Shown: piece after piece, positions 48,101 through 59,982 of the stretch
Layout: every line of letters begins with the position of its first letter
How positions within the stretch are numbered: the first letter of the stretch is position 1
Assembly: GCA_001643675.2 (NCBI GenBank)
Contig: LSRY02000003.1
Span: 1,922,001 to 1,986,000, forward strand
Direction of reading: 5' to 3'
DNA length: 64,000 nucleotides
Source of the DNA: Monocercomonoides exilis PA203
Lineage: Eukaryota > Protista > Preaxostyla
Position numbers and translations under genes: made by a program
Notes under the pieces: generated by a model
What the model was told of the DNA's origin: nothing
What the model saw: only the letters and a program-made list of their open reading frames with translations
Databases searched by the model: none

Positions 48101-49128
48101 ATAACGATCCGGGTGTCGCAAATTATCCGTCTGCCCGAAGGAACGTTGTGTGTTCGGGTGATGCTTCATTTGACCTGCAAAGCGTGGGCGGAGGCGACGG
48201 AGCTGGGGAAAGTGTGTCTCATTGGATTCTCGATTTGGGGTGCAATATGAAAGGGATAGCCTCTTCGTGTAATTCGACTCTGTTCGTTCCCGTTTTGAAA
48301 TCAGTTGAGCGAAAATACAAATCTTCCGGCGCGAATGAACAGAAGTTGAATGAGGAAAATAGGGGCAATGAACTTTTTTCAATGGCATCTACAGGCATCA
48401 AGCCTCCTGTTGCTGAAGCGTCACCACGATATGAGCTGACATTCAAGGGCAAAGACTTAGACCCGTGCAACTTGACCTTCAATGTGATTGTTGATGATTT
48501 CGAAGACAACGGAGCATCTGCTGTGTATGTGACTGAATTCCAGTTTTTGAAGTTTGTTGGCGAGGAAGAGGCGATCGGTACAATCGACCCTAATTTAATC
48601 GACAACAGGCCAGAGCGGGCTGAGATTCGGGCTGAAATTGTGTATGTGAATGCACTTGGTGTGAAGCACTTTACTGACCCGATTGTTCTGATTGCTCGTC
48701 CTCCGAAGAAGTCGAAGACGGGACTGATTGTTGGGCTGTCTGTGGGAATTCCTGTGCTTGTGATTGTTGTTGTTGTGTGCATAATAATAACAGTGTGTTG
48801 TGTTAAGAAGAAGAAAGCTAAGAAGCACGAAGAAGAAGAAAAGAAGAAGAAGCACCTCGAAATGGTTGCTGAAGCAGAAAGGCAGCCAGCGAATGAGAAT
48901 AAGCCAGATTCTTCAAGTGAAGGAAGCAGTAGTGCATATGAAAGGCCTGCTTACATGGTGTCAGATTCCATTCCGGCCTCAGAAAAAGTGGATGAAACAG
49001 AGAACATTTCTGTCCTTGCGCTTCCTGCTGAGACAGCGCTCCCAGAAGCATCTGCAAATGAGGTTGCAGTTCAGGAAGTGGTGGATTACCTTCCAGCAGA
49101 GCCACCGATAGATGTGGATGAACGTTAA
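45133..49128 (+). CDS. Intact type-I membrane beta-helix (Pmp/adhesin-like) surface protein, 1331 aa
   Basis: Hydrophobic N-terminus, HGGAIY/GGGIY repeats, KFITFCFF..N.A...G.D, TM segment LIVGLSVGIPVLVIVVVVCIIITV followed by KKKK, acidic tail. Confidence 0.88.
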   Translation: MSSFLLFCLSGLLIEYYCESYDRFRESEMNMNNCLADSAEFSILLNSFINDEKDFVQSEKLLNNSALLCFKKNNVSFSKNEKKSSSFLFQLANTSFCLSLFTVEQPKNGAICYAHDASSCYLDSCRIILTSKNPPLTSACGKVLLSNVSLANEILKNSPSVYPSMVKEMLVANYYETGSVTIEKSQFSNFVASFSSAFAATSLSSEVSILSSQFSNISVANKASTDGFVDIYRGCYSNQEVVLAHNTFNGVTNPFYGTIVTGIKKHPFYFESKNNTYFSCVHADTNNTMNAKSGITSSVTTLGLPVMNAFEIHYIMTRATVNTRNETRGQVLFQDDEFDNCRGIDKHGGAIYVDDSETVFTVLRSKFSGCSTNKRGGGIYSILVAEMMIMECQFANCESGKETNSVHTSSGGGVYCYSHQSSAVLESCVVSQCTGKFGGGFDIQGMEDTLNGVTINNCEFLGCSASPYSSGGVEVGNTKKGTKITECTFRGNTAYTNGGGLYVKTSTWMKEATDGQTPKFITFCFFHENKADEKGHDIFIRGEDVTATPCYSSFSTTVDGTGEGRFYIFRSKADQEKKDEWLLLGILSRFVDPNNGDDADPMCGIDKETACQSISETIAKTHQTEEQRLKLVSTQFAPSDTIAIGSKVIVINGMDRDNTILSDDNITATSSVQSNAASTHLLLTVDEGSLTIATLKIEHVQLTASIVAVTNANGRLSFRNVEITSQQQSSLSLERNSDALRLSTEKLMRHRGINPRSSDVFTAPLLEVSGGKIVVEDCLIHSFNLRDTSLFSFLNPTNVGTDLSASKTKANAVSLTSFTVQGTTFTDIHRLSPTTDANADSASSSGEVPAIFHLQNIKVPISLKDVIIKECSSYVIVGSYALLSNCASVTIDRCLFNGTSQKSGGKLTTSEENSIKSSHVGSQMLLDPKEELANAEAEGSVREVCGWEGSVVLLVSCTGSVTNTEMTLCKDGALSIKGGSVVLKGNDFHDNDPGVANYPSARRNVVCSGDASFDLQSVGGGDGAGESVSHWILDLGCNMKGIASSCNSTLFVPVLKSVERKYKSSGANEQKLNEENRGNELFSMASTGIKPPVAEASPRYELTFKGKDLDPCNLTFNVIVDDFEDNGASAVYVTEFQFLKFVGEEEAIGTIDPNLIDNRPERAEIRAEIVYVNALGVKHFTDPIVLIARPPKKSKTGLIVGLSVGIPVLVIVVVVCIIITVCCVKKKKAKKHEEEEKKKKHLEMVAEAERQPANENKPDSSSEGSSSAYERPAYMVSDSIPASEKVDETENISVLALPAETALPEASANEVAVQEVVDYLPAEPPIDVDER

Positions 49129-50237
49129 AAATAATTGTTAAAAAAAAAAAGAGTGAAAATTAAAGTCTCACTGCTATATTCAGTCCACTTGATTATTCGA
49201 ATGTTCCTGCTTAGGAATAGCAGGAAATTCTTGGCTGTTCTCATAAATATTGTTTGTTTGTTTGTTTGTTGAAACAACCGCAGTAACTGCTTTGTTTTTT
49301 GTGTTGGAAAAAACAGCATAATTTGTATTTCATGTTTTTGTTGTGGATAAAATAATAATTTCTCTTCTGACTTGAATTGCTGAGATTTTTGAGTTTTGAA
49401 CTTTGCTTTTGTTCTATTTTCTTTTATCAAACGTTTTGTTAATTTTTACAATTCTGCGAATAGTTAACGTTTTTTCCAACAATTTGCGATTGTTTTGTAT
49501 GTATTGAATGATTTGAGCGATTGACTCATCGTTTTACTTTATTGAACCTCCTTGTATCCGAGCTTGTTTATGCATGGATACTTCTTTGAAAATTTTTGAT
49601 AGGAAATACTTTCAAAATAATTTTTTCACAATTTTAAACTTTAAATGAAAATAATTCACATAATTATAATTTATCACTTGTGTTATTCTAGAAGAAATGT
49701 CCCAAATGACGAAATTTCAGTTTCATTGGAATCAAATATTTAATTTTTATAAATTTTTGCAGTTGATCTGTCAAAAATATCACACAATTTCATGTTTGTA
49801 TTTAAAAAAAAAATTTATTATGAATTAAAAAAATTGTATTACGGTCAAAATTGACAAATTTATAACGAAATACATGAATAAATGACAACATTCAATGAAA
49901 TTGAAAATTAAACATTTGCATCTTTTCAAAAAGAATGGTTCATTTGGTGAAAAAAGAAAGATAGAATATTTGTGGGGTGATTATTTTTGAAATCGTAACT
50001 TTTTTCTGGGTGTTTATAATCATGAGTATTCATTTGCATTTGTAAAATGATTTTCTTTCTTAAGAAGTCTGTTATCTCTAATTTCAAAAGTCATTGTTTG
50101 ACTAAAAAAAAAATAGCGCAGTCATTATAAAAAAGATCTTTCTCTTTTCAGAGTTCATATATGAATGCAATCCAAATCAGATATAATCACATCTGTTTTT
50201 GCATAACTTTTTGTGACTATATCCGATTGTGATTATA

Positions 50238-50633
50238 CAGATATCGCACAAAATACCGGACATCGCACAAAATACCGGACAAGATCGATATCACGATAAC
50301 TGCAGGAGGAATAATTCTGATAATTTTCCTCAAAACACATCTCGTCAATACAAACTCATTTGAATAACAAGACTTCACTTCAGCTTTATTTGTGCTCAGA
50401 AAAAATTAATTTTTGAAATCTCGGAGAAATAGAATTTTGAGTTTCTCCGAGATTTCAAAAATTAATTTTTTCTGAGCACAAATAAAGCTGAAGTGAAGTC
50501 TTGTTATTCAAATGAGTTTGTATTGACGAGATGTGTTTTGAGGAAAATTATCAGAATTATTCCTCCTGCAGTTATCGTGATATCGATCTTGTCCGGTATT
50601 TTGTGCGATGTCCGGTATTTTGTGCGATATCTG
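50238..50633. mobile_element. Perfect foldback MITE: 192-bp arms, 12-nt loop, TA(TA) flanks
   Basis: 50238-50429 is the reverse complement of 50442-50633, with no mismatch found by eye. TA|CAG ends are Tc1/mariner-like. ATCGCACAAAATACCGGAC occurs twice at each end. Confidence 0.92.
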
Positions 50634-51302
50634 TATATGATGATGCTCAACACAGAAAAAAATAAAAATTTATTAATTAATTAATAAAATTTGGTTCGTA
50701 TTTTTAATTTTTGAAAATTTATCATTAAAACGCATTTTTCACTTGCGAAATCAATTTTTTCATTAATACACATTATTTAGACTTTTTTTAACATAATTTT
50801 GAAAAATAAAAAATTGAAAATTTTGATCAAAAAATCGATATTACATTGAAAAAAGCACACATGATAATATAAAATGTGATTATTTATATTTAGCCCTGTG
50901 ATTATATGCGATTGAAAATGAATGAAAAAAAAAAAAACATCGGTGCATTGAAAATTTTGACTAAAACCGATGTTGATTTTATAAGATGAGAATATATCCC
51001 GTTAAGACTGTTTTCCACTTTTATATTGTTGATTTTTCTTTTTTGAAGAAAATAAAGTTGCAATTTTTTTATATTTTTCTTTCGAATATTGAAAGACAAA
51101 AGATTAGTGACATTGAATCGTAAAAGATAACGCTCTCAAGGCAAAAGTTAAATTTTGTTGTTTCAATAGAAATAATTGTTGATAAAAGAAAATTTTATTC
51201 ATATAAATTTCAAACAAAGAAAATCAAACACATTGTTGAAATGTTTGTGAAGCTTTTCCATTTCTATTCTTTTAATGCAATTCCAAAAAAACAAAATCAT
51301 TC

Positions 51303-51930
51303 ATTTCAAATGAATAATTTGTTTTGTTTGCAAGCATGGACATTCCGTTTTTATCAAAATGAAAACGACTTATTTAATTGGTCAGTGCAAACACAATTTC
51401 AAACATCAATCAATATTGCAGATGAAGTGTTTTTATGAATTTCAAAGATAATTTTGCAAAATGATAAACAGCAAAATTCTTTCATCAAAAGTCATAAATG
51501 AAATGATTTTTCTGGAAGAAATAATAAAGTCATTCTTCAATTCTCTTTCACCAGTTGTATTCTAATGAAGTTGTTCTTTCACAAATAAATGAAATTAAAA
51601 AAAAATTCAAAATTTGGAAATACTGAACAAAAAAGAGTCCAAACTGAAAAACGAATATTAATTATCATTTGAACATTTTTCGATTTCTTGTTGAATTTTG
51701 CGCTTTCAGTTTCCCCAGAAATATAAAATTTTTGTAAATATGATTTTTTCGCTTTTTGATGAAAACGCGAAAATGAAACAAAATGAAATTTTAATTATTG
51801 ATTCAAAAATTCATTTCTATAATTTTTTTTTATTTTCATTTTCATTGCAGATAACACAAGGCAATTTCTTTTCATCAAAAAGAATAATTTGAAGGAAAAA
51901 TGAAACAATTTGAGCAATTTCATTTTCTTA
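51303..51930 (+). repeat. Left arm of the second inverted cluster (upstream region of E; partner ~62980-63608)
   Basis: ~550 bp essentially identical to the reverse complement of 63060-63608, with diverged homology further out. Confidence 0.92.
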
Positions 51931-53339
51931 AATATTGCAAACTGCAAAAGCTCTTTCAACAAAATCAATCCATTTCAAAGCATCTTTTTCATTCTTCGAT
52001 TTCCTTCCGTTTCCATCTCCCACTTCTATTTCTTCCTTCTCACTCACTCAATTCATTCATCTCAACCACCTCTTCCTCTTCTTCCACTTCCACTTTCACC
52101 AACATCAACATCAATTTAATCCCCTCTTTCTCCTTTCATTCATCTCTTTCCATCCACTCAACCATCTTCATCCACACCCACAACCCCATCGATGGCGCCA
52201 TTCTCCCCAACCTCAACAGCCCATCCACTTCTCTCTCTGCCTTCAACACCTCTTTTCTCAGCCAAACACAATCTTCATCAAATGATCTTGAAAAATATAT
52301 TGGATCCGAAACTCAAAAATTGAAATTAGAAAGAATGTACTCATTCAACCTGAATAGCCATTGTTTTGAGTGGTGTGAATGGAAAGATTCAAATGGTGGA
52401 ACTGGCCATGGGGGTGCGCTTTATGTTGAATGCACAAATGCAAATCTCACAATCACTTCTTGTTCGTTCAATAATTGTTCAATAGATGGATATTATGGTG
52501 GAGCGTTATACAGTTGCGGTTTGCAAAATGAGAATATTGCAAAATCAAATTTCACAAACTGTTCGGCACAAAATGGAGGAGCAATTTGCATTGATGGAAG
52601 AGAATCATCTTCCATTTATTCATTTTCTGATAACAGAGTGGAAAGTTGTTCAATAACAAGTACAATTGGAACTGGATGGTATTTTTTTATTGGTGATTTT
52701 TCTTCAAACGGTCAATTTTTGTTCACCAAATGCAAGTGCATCTCAAATTCTGGTGGTGATTCTGCTGGTTCACTCACATTTAATGATCCACCAGCTAACA
52801 AACCAAACCAGTTTTCAATTAATGAATGTCAGTTCATCAATAATAAATTAACAAGTTCATCAACATCATGGGGAGGTGCTGCAATTTTCTTCTATTCAAC
52901 TTTTTCCTGGATGAATGGAATGAAATTCATCACATTCTGTTTCTTCGATGGCAACACTGCCACAAATGGCAGGGGAAACGATGTGTTCTTCAGTGGTAAT
53001 TCCATCACTCAATCTCCATTCCAGCAATGTGGCTCAACGACTCCATCAAAAAGAGTGTGGAATCAAGGAACAGCTGAAAACGCTGAATATAATGGCTGGC
53101 TTCCAATCATCAATCAGAACAAAATCGTTTCTAACAGCGGAACTGATGTCGATGCCTGTGGCAAAACACAGCAAAGCCCATGTGCCACTGTGGAGTATGC
53201 TCTCGGATGCGTTGCTCCCTTCAGCGATGCATCCCTCTCTCTTCTCGTCTCCACTTTCACTCCCACAAACACTCTCACTTTCAGCGCTGTCGATACTAAA
53301 TTCACTGTATGCTATACTATTTTTCCAATTCTCAAATAA
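51900..53339 (+). CDS. Cassette E: beta-helix variable domain, no signal peptide, long-type tail start
   Basis: Same framework as A-D. Continues WLPIINQNKIVSNSG..CATVEYAL, then decays. Confidence 0.75.
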   Translation: MKQFEQFHFLKYCKLQKLFQQNQSISKHLFHSSISFRFHLPLLFLPSHSLNSFISTTSSSSSTSTFTNININLIPSFSFHSSLSIHSTIFIHTHNPIDGAILPNLNSPSTSLSAFNTSFLSQTQSSSNDLEKYIGSETQKLKLERMYSFNLNSHCFEWCEWKDSNGGTGHGGALYVECTNANLTITSCSFNNCSIDGYYGGALYSCGLQNENIAKSNFTNCSAQNGGAICIDGRESSSIYSFSDNRVESCSITSTIGTGWYFFIGDFSSNGQFLFTKCKCISNSGGDSAGSLTFNDPPANKPNQFSINECQFINNKLTSSSTSWGGAAIFFYSTFSWMNGMKFITFCFFDGNTATNGRGNDVFFSGNSITQSPFQQCGSTTPSKRVWNQGTAENAEYNGWLPIINQNKIVSNSGTDVDACGKTQQSPCATVEYALGCVAPFSDASLSLLVSTFTPTNTLTFSAVDTKFTVCYTIFPILK

Positions 53340-55306
53340 AATTCTTCTAATTCTGATGGCTTTTCATTTCACTTTGCATTCATGAATTTTCATCTTCTTT
53401 TCAACAGGAGCACATATCACCACTTTTCTTTCATTGAGCAAAATCAGCACAGATTATATTATTTCTTCTTTATTTCTTCGACATTTTCCATTTGATTTGG
53501 TTTTTCTATCGAATAAAAATAAAGCTCGTTGCTAAATGGAATCATCCGTTTTCCTTTCTTCAAAAATAATTTCTTCAAGCACATTCGAAGGTTTTCCACA
53601 AATTATAATTTCCTCACATTTCCTATTCAATTGTCAATCTGTTATTCGTCCCATTTTTTAATAGAATTATCCTTCGATTATTGATTTTCCTAAAACAACT
53701 GCTTTCTCTCCTCATTTCATCTTCTGTGATATATTGAAGGGGCATGACGTTGTGAAATCTGCCGAAGACCATTTTGGAACCCATCCATTTCACAAAAGGA
53801 TTTCTTCAATTCTTTTTCTTTTTCATCTGTGTCTCCTTCATTCACTGAAAAAAGGGGAAAAGCATCCTCCTTTTCTGATTTCGCTCCGTCTGATCGGCTT
53901 TTCATGGAAAATTTAGTGCCTCTTCTATTATCATATAACTTCAGCTGATATTCTGTGTAAAATAGATATTTCTTTTTGTGCCTCTGAATTCACATCGATG
54001 ATGAGGTCTGGCGTTGAACTCGGGGGGAGTTGAATGAATTTGAATAAACATTATTTTTACCGATCATTGAAGAAGGCGTTGAAGAATACGATGAAAATGA
54101 AATGAATGAATTTGTTCAAATTGCCTTTTTTTCATCACGAAAATCATGAATGAAACATGAAATGAAGAAATATTTGGTGAACGGTCGTTGAGAGGAAGAA
54201 AAGTGAATGAAGCAATTTTCGGTGAAATTTTCTTGTGCTTCCAATTGAACAGTTTAAATGCATCATAAGGTCGATGATCTGATTCAACTCCAAGTGAGTT
54301 ATTATGGCATTAAAGAAGCAGAAGATAATGGTGAAGATGGCATAGCTGATGGGAAAGAATAAAACGTGGAAGATATTATAGAATTTGAAGAAGATGAAGA
54401 AGATGAGAAGATTGAGAGATGAGCAATCAGTCAAACAACTTTTCTGAAGAAGATGATGAAAATGACTTGTATGATGTTGTCAGTTGGTTAAACGTCACAT
54501 TTGATAAGTTGATTTCAGAAGGAATATAAAACCCCAATCACAAATTATATTGGCCAATTCGAATTTATTTGTCAATGAAAACTGATATCTTCAGTTCATT
54601 GGCAAACTTTGTGTGGTTTCATTGTCTTTCTCTCCAAAACCAAAAAATAATGATGTTCGTCCATTGGCTCTGAAAAAATATGAACGATATAAATATCTGT
54701 TGAAGATAATTGAAAGAAGAAGAAGAAGAAGGTGAAAAAGAAGAAGATAAAGAAGAAGAAGGTGAAGAAGGTGTAGAAGATGCTGAAGAAGAAGATTGTT
54801 TTGCTTGTTTTGATGTTGATGATGATGAATGAGATGACAAAGACGACGAAGACGAAGAAAATGAAAAAGAAGGAGAAGGAGTGTTGTGTGTTGAATATCT
54901 CTGTCGGAGAAATGGAAGCTTGGGGATTGCATTTCTCCGAATGAGAATGTTCTCATAAGCTTATTTTGGAATTCGTGGGAAGACGATGATGGGTTGAAGG
55001 AACTAAAAGGCAAGGAAAAGAGACAGACATTGAAGGAAGAACACGAAGTTGCAAAAGTAGTTGAAGGAGTCGAAGGAGTTGAAAAAGAAATGATAAGAAA
55101 AAGATGAGGAGGAGGAGGAAGAAGAAAATGAAAAAGAAGAAGAAGACGAAGAAGAAGACGAGGAAGAGGAAAAAGAAGAATTGGAAGAAGACGGTGATAA
55201 TGAATAAATTGATGAGTTGATTGAAGGTTGAGATACGCGAAAATGAACGATAACAAATAAAAACAAAATGTTTCTATGAAATCATTTTTTCTTCATCCAT
55301 TTTTGT

Positions 55307-56413
55307 GTGTTCTTCTTGCAAACAAAATCCTTCAACTCATCCCTCTTCATCCACTCATCCCTTTCCATCCATACTCAGAACCCTATCAATGGTGCCATTC
55401 TCCCTTCTCTCAACAACCCATTCACTTCTCTCTCTGCATTCAACACTTCCTTTCTCCACCAAACACGATCTTCACCAAATGCTGCTGTTGTTCATGTAGG
55501 AACTGAATCTCAAAGAAAAACACTAAAAAGACTGACTGCTTTTGATCTAAACAGCCATCGCTTTGAGTGGTGCGAATGGAATGATTCAACTGGTGGAGAA
55601 AGTTATGGTGGCGCGCTTTCTGTTTCTTGTGTAAATGCAAATCTCACAATCACTTCCTGTTCATTCAACAATTGTTCGATCACAGGCGATTATGCTGGTG
55701 GAGCGTTATACAGTTACTGTTTGCAAAATGAGAATATTTCAAAATCCAATTTTTCAAACTGTTCTGCTCCTCATGGAGGAGCAAATTGTATTGGTGGGTC
55801 ACAAACAAATTCTGTTTATTCATTCTCAGATAACAGAGTTGAAAGTTGTTCAATATCTGGCTGGTGTGGAACTGGTTGGTATTTCTATATTGGTGATTTT
55901 TCTTCAAACGGTCAATTCTTATTCACCAAATGCAAGTGCATCGCAAATTCAGGTGGCGATTCTGCTGGTTCACTCACATTTAATTATCCTCCAGGCAACA
56001 AACCAAGTCAGTTTTTGGTTAATGATTGCCAATTCATAAACAACAAATTGACAAGTTCGTCATCTTCATGGGGAGGAGCTGCTCTATGTTGCACAGCAAC
56101 TTATTCCTGGATGAATGGAGTAAAATTCATCACATTCTGTTTCTTCGATGGCAACACTGCCACAAATGGCAGAGGAAATGATGTGTTCTTCAATGGCAGC
56201 AGCATAACCCAATCTCCATTCGAGAATTGCGGTTCAACAACCTTAACGAAAAGAGTTTGGAATTGTGGAACAGTTGAAAACACAGAGTATGTTGGCAGGT
56301 TTTGGCTTTTCCTTCAAAATTCTCCAATGAAATGTCTTTCTAACTTCCGTCTCTTATTTTTCCTTTCTCTATTTTCTCCTCTCCTTGCATTCTTTCTTTT
56401 CTCTCAAATTTGA
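55307..56413 (+). pseudogene. Cassette F: leaderless variable domain, short-type tail
   Basis: Non-ATG start, framework conserved, tail like A and D. Confidence 0.75.
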
Positions 56414-56699
56414 TAGTTTATTTCTTGAATCTTGTCATTCACCCTTGTTTGTTATATCACTTCTCAAAATTACCCTCCATTTATCCAAATACTTTTCTTC
56501 CCAAATTCAACATTCAACTCGAATCTCCTCTTCGAAACATCTTCTCTCTTTAACCCAAAAATCTCTTCAACCCTCTCAATCTCATTTCCATCAAGCATGA
56601 ATCCGAGATCAAGAACTTCTTTCTCTTTCTTTTTCTTATTTTTATTTGTAATTTTTTCCTTCATTAATATATTTCCTTGTTTCCTTTTCATTTCTCTCT

Positions 56700-59600
56700 T
56701 AATCTCTGATGATGAAACAGATCATGAAGAAATTCAAAATAGATGATGTGAATGAAGAAGATGAAGAAGTAGCTGTGTGAAATGTTGTTGATGTTTTTGA
56801 AGAAGAGGAAGATGATGATAATGAATAAATGACATGAAATGTTTAATTGTTGAAAATTGAGAAGATGAGTGTCAATAAATATCAACGGAGAAATTCATTG
56901 AAATTCTCTTCTTCTGGATTTTGTCTTCTTCTGGCAAATAATATCCTTTGAATTCATAGCAATTTCAATTTGATTCTTTCTCTCTTTCCATCTGAAAATA
57001 GGAAAGATTGAGCGATCCCTTTTTCATTCCATCTTTTCTCCTTTAACTTCCCTTCTTTCACAAAAAATCATCTTTCCTTAAAAATAATTCTTCGCCAAAG
57101 GTTAATGCCAGGCATCTTCGAAATATCTTGAATTTCATCTGTCTGTCTGTATTTTTCCTTCCCAACTTTTCTTTTTCTTCAAAGCCACCTAATCCCTCAT
57201 CCTTTCAGCATTCTTAAAACAAAATAATAATCACTTCAAAAAAAGAAACAGCAAACCTTCAGAACCAATGCTCAAGTCAATAACTATATTTTATTCAGTT
57301 GGCAACTGTTTTCTTCGATTCAATTTCATTATTCCTTCCGTTTTCAAGTGTTTCATCATCTGATTCCCCAACCATCCTTTCCATCAGTTGTTTCTCCATC
57401 AAATGCAGCGATTTCTTGCTCTTCTGAAAAATGTGAAATTCATGCATTTTGCTCAAATTCCATTTTCATCATTGAAAAATGTCCTGTTTTTCGTCTGATA
57501 ATATCATCTCCAATTCCCTCCCCAATCCCTTCATCCTGGGCACTTTCCATATGAATTTGCTGGCTCAACTCCATAGCCACCCTGCACAACGAGATATAAA
57601 CATTTCATTCATTTTCATTCTTTTCCACTTCCTGCCCTGAAAGAAACACAAAAAACATTCAACAGATAAATATTCATATAAATAAAATAAATAAAGACCA
57701 AACTGCCCTTCGACTGTTTTTTGCCAAACAGCTTCATTTCCACAGCCATCATCATTCACAAAATCAATCTCTTCATTTCAGCCTCAGAATGGTCAAATTG
57801 CAGCACTGAATGCATCTCCACAAAATACATTGAATATCTCACTGGAGGGTCTTCTCAGCCAGTACACATTGTGTTGCCTGTCAGGATGTGTTTTTTCTGT
57901 TTTTGGCATGATCATCTCCTTTAATAATATTCTCAACCACCAAAAGAAGTATTTGATGTCTATCTCACCAACACAATGCATAGGAGAGATAAGGCGCATA
58001 CAAGTGATGGAAGAATATTTTTTGTGGCAGGAGGTGGGAGTTGGGTATTTTATGGAATGTTAACATTTCGAGAGGGGTTTTTGAATGAAAGAAAATCTGA
58101 GACAAAGGGGTGTGGAAGAGCAGGTGGAGATTCGGAGAAGATAATATAGTAAATACATAGAGAAGTGGTTGGAGATGATGAAGAAGGTGATTATTGTTGA
58201 TGGGAGAAATGGATTTTGAAAAAAAGGAAAAGAGGGCAAAAGCGGGAAAGAAGAGGGAAATTGAGAAATGTTCATATGAAAAGGGGGTAACTTTTATGAG
58301 AGGAGAATGTTTTATGGAAGAGGCCGAGAAAGATGAAGAAAAGGAGGGGATCGATATTTTCTGATGATTTTGGGGGTTGAATGGAAGAAGGGAATGGAAA
58401 GGAAAGGAAATTGAGAAATATTATCATTTTCTATTTTTGAGAGGAATGGAGAGGAAATTGCAAAAAGAAATTAAATTGCCTTTGGAAAAATACGCAATGT
58501 TGATTTCCATAATCTATTCTTCACAAATATTGTGATTGAATTTTTCAAACCAATCTGAAATTTATACAGCAAGCGAGCCATTTTGGCCAATCAACAACAT
58601 CACGCAAATTATTCTCAACATCATAAATATCGTTCGACTGATTTCACAATTCTCAACCCTTTTTTCTTTTTCCTCTTCTTCTTCTTCGCCTTCTTCCTCA
58701 TTAACAGACTTTTCAAACTGTGCAGCATCTTCTTCAACGGAATCAACGATTGATGAGCACACGCCAATCAACTTTTTCCCAGAGTCGTTTTTTTCAACTC
58801 CTTCGCATCTCAAAGAAACTCCTTTGTCTTCTTCCACTCCATCCACACCTCCTTCAATCATCAACTGAACAACTTTTGTTTCTCCTTCTCCTTCTCCTTC
58901 ACCTTCTCCTTCTTCTTCTTCACCTTCTTCTTCATCTTCATATTCCTCTCAAAATTTTCTGCTTCATCTTTGTCAATCTGTTTCTTCCTGCTGGGTCAGA
59001 GCATCGACTTTCTGATGCATTTCAGTTGTGCAATCAGCAGCTCTGCAAAATTGAACGAAAAATAGCTTCATTCACTTTTCTTCTTCTCAGCGTCCATTCA
59101 CCACATACTCCATCATTTCATGTTTCATTCATGATTCCTACGAAGAAAAAAAGGCAATTTGAACAAATTCATTCATTTCATTTAAATCAACTTTTTCTTC
59201 AACCTCTTCTTCGATGAACGAATTTAAAATATTCCTATTTCCATTTCATTCATATTCCTGTTGAATTCATCAAGAGGCATTAAAATCTGCTCAAATAGGA
59301 AACGCAAAAGAAATGTTCATTCTGACATAGAATTTCAGCCGGACATAACACGGTAGTGAAATGGGATATTTTGATGCAGAATAGTCTGTCATTATGCATG
59401 CAACAGAAAATAGAGATTGCCTCTGACTTTTTTTCATTTGGAAGTTGAAAGAATTCACCGAAAACTGAAAGAACAGGACAGGATAGGATGTTTGGAGCGA
59501 ATGATTATGAGGATGACCTTCGACAACTTTCACAACGTCATGTGCCTTCAATGGAACGAGAGGATGATTAAACGAGGAGAACATAATTTATTTGAAAACA

Positions 59601-59900
59601 AATAATTGAAGGACAAATCTATTAAAAACGTGGAACGAATAACAGATTGACAATTGAATCAGAAAGGTGAGGAAATTATAATTTGTGGAAAACCTTCGAA
59701 TGTGCTTGAAGAAATTATTTTTGAAGAAAGGAAAACGGATGATTCCATTTAGCAACGAGCTTTATTTTTATTCGATGAAGAAGAAAAATTAGATGAAGAA
59801 ATTTTGAAGAAATATTTATATTTGAGCCAATAACAGACTTCTCGAAACACAAGTGATGATATGTTCTCGTGTTGAAAAGAAGATGAAACCTCAAGGAGTT
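56700..59900 (-). pseudogene. Third copy of the shared degenerate 3' module (continuation of G)
   Basis: Colinear with 11640-14670 at lower identity. Confidence 0.7.
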
Positions 59901-59982
59901 TTCGATAACATGGATTATATTCAATATTAATAAATGGAAGAAATTTTAATGAAATTAGAAATAGTCCATAATTTCCTGTGAT

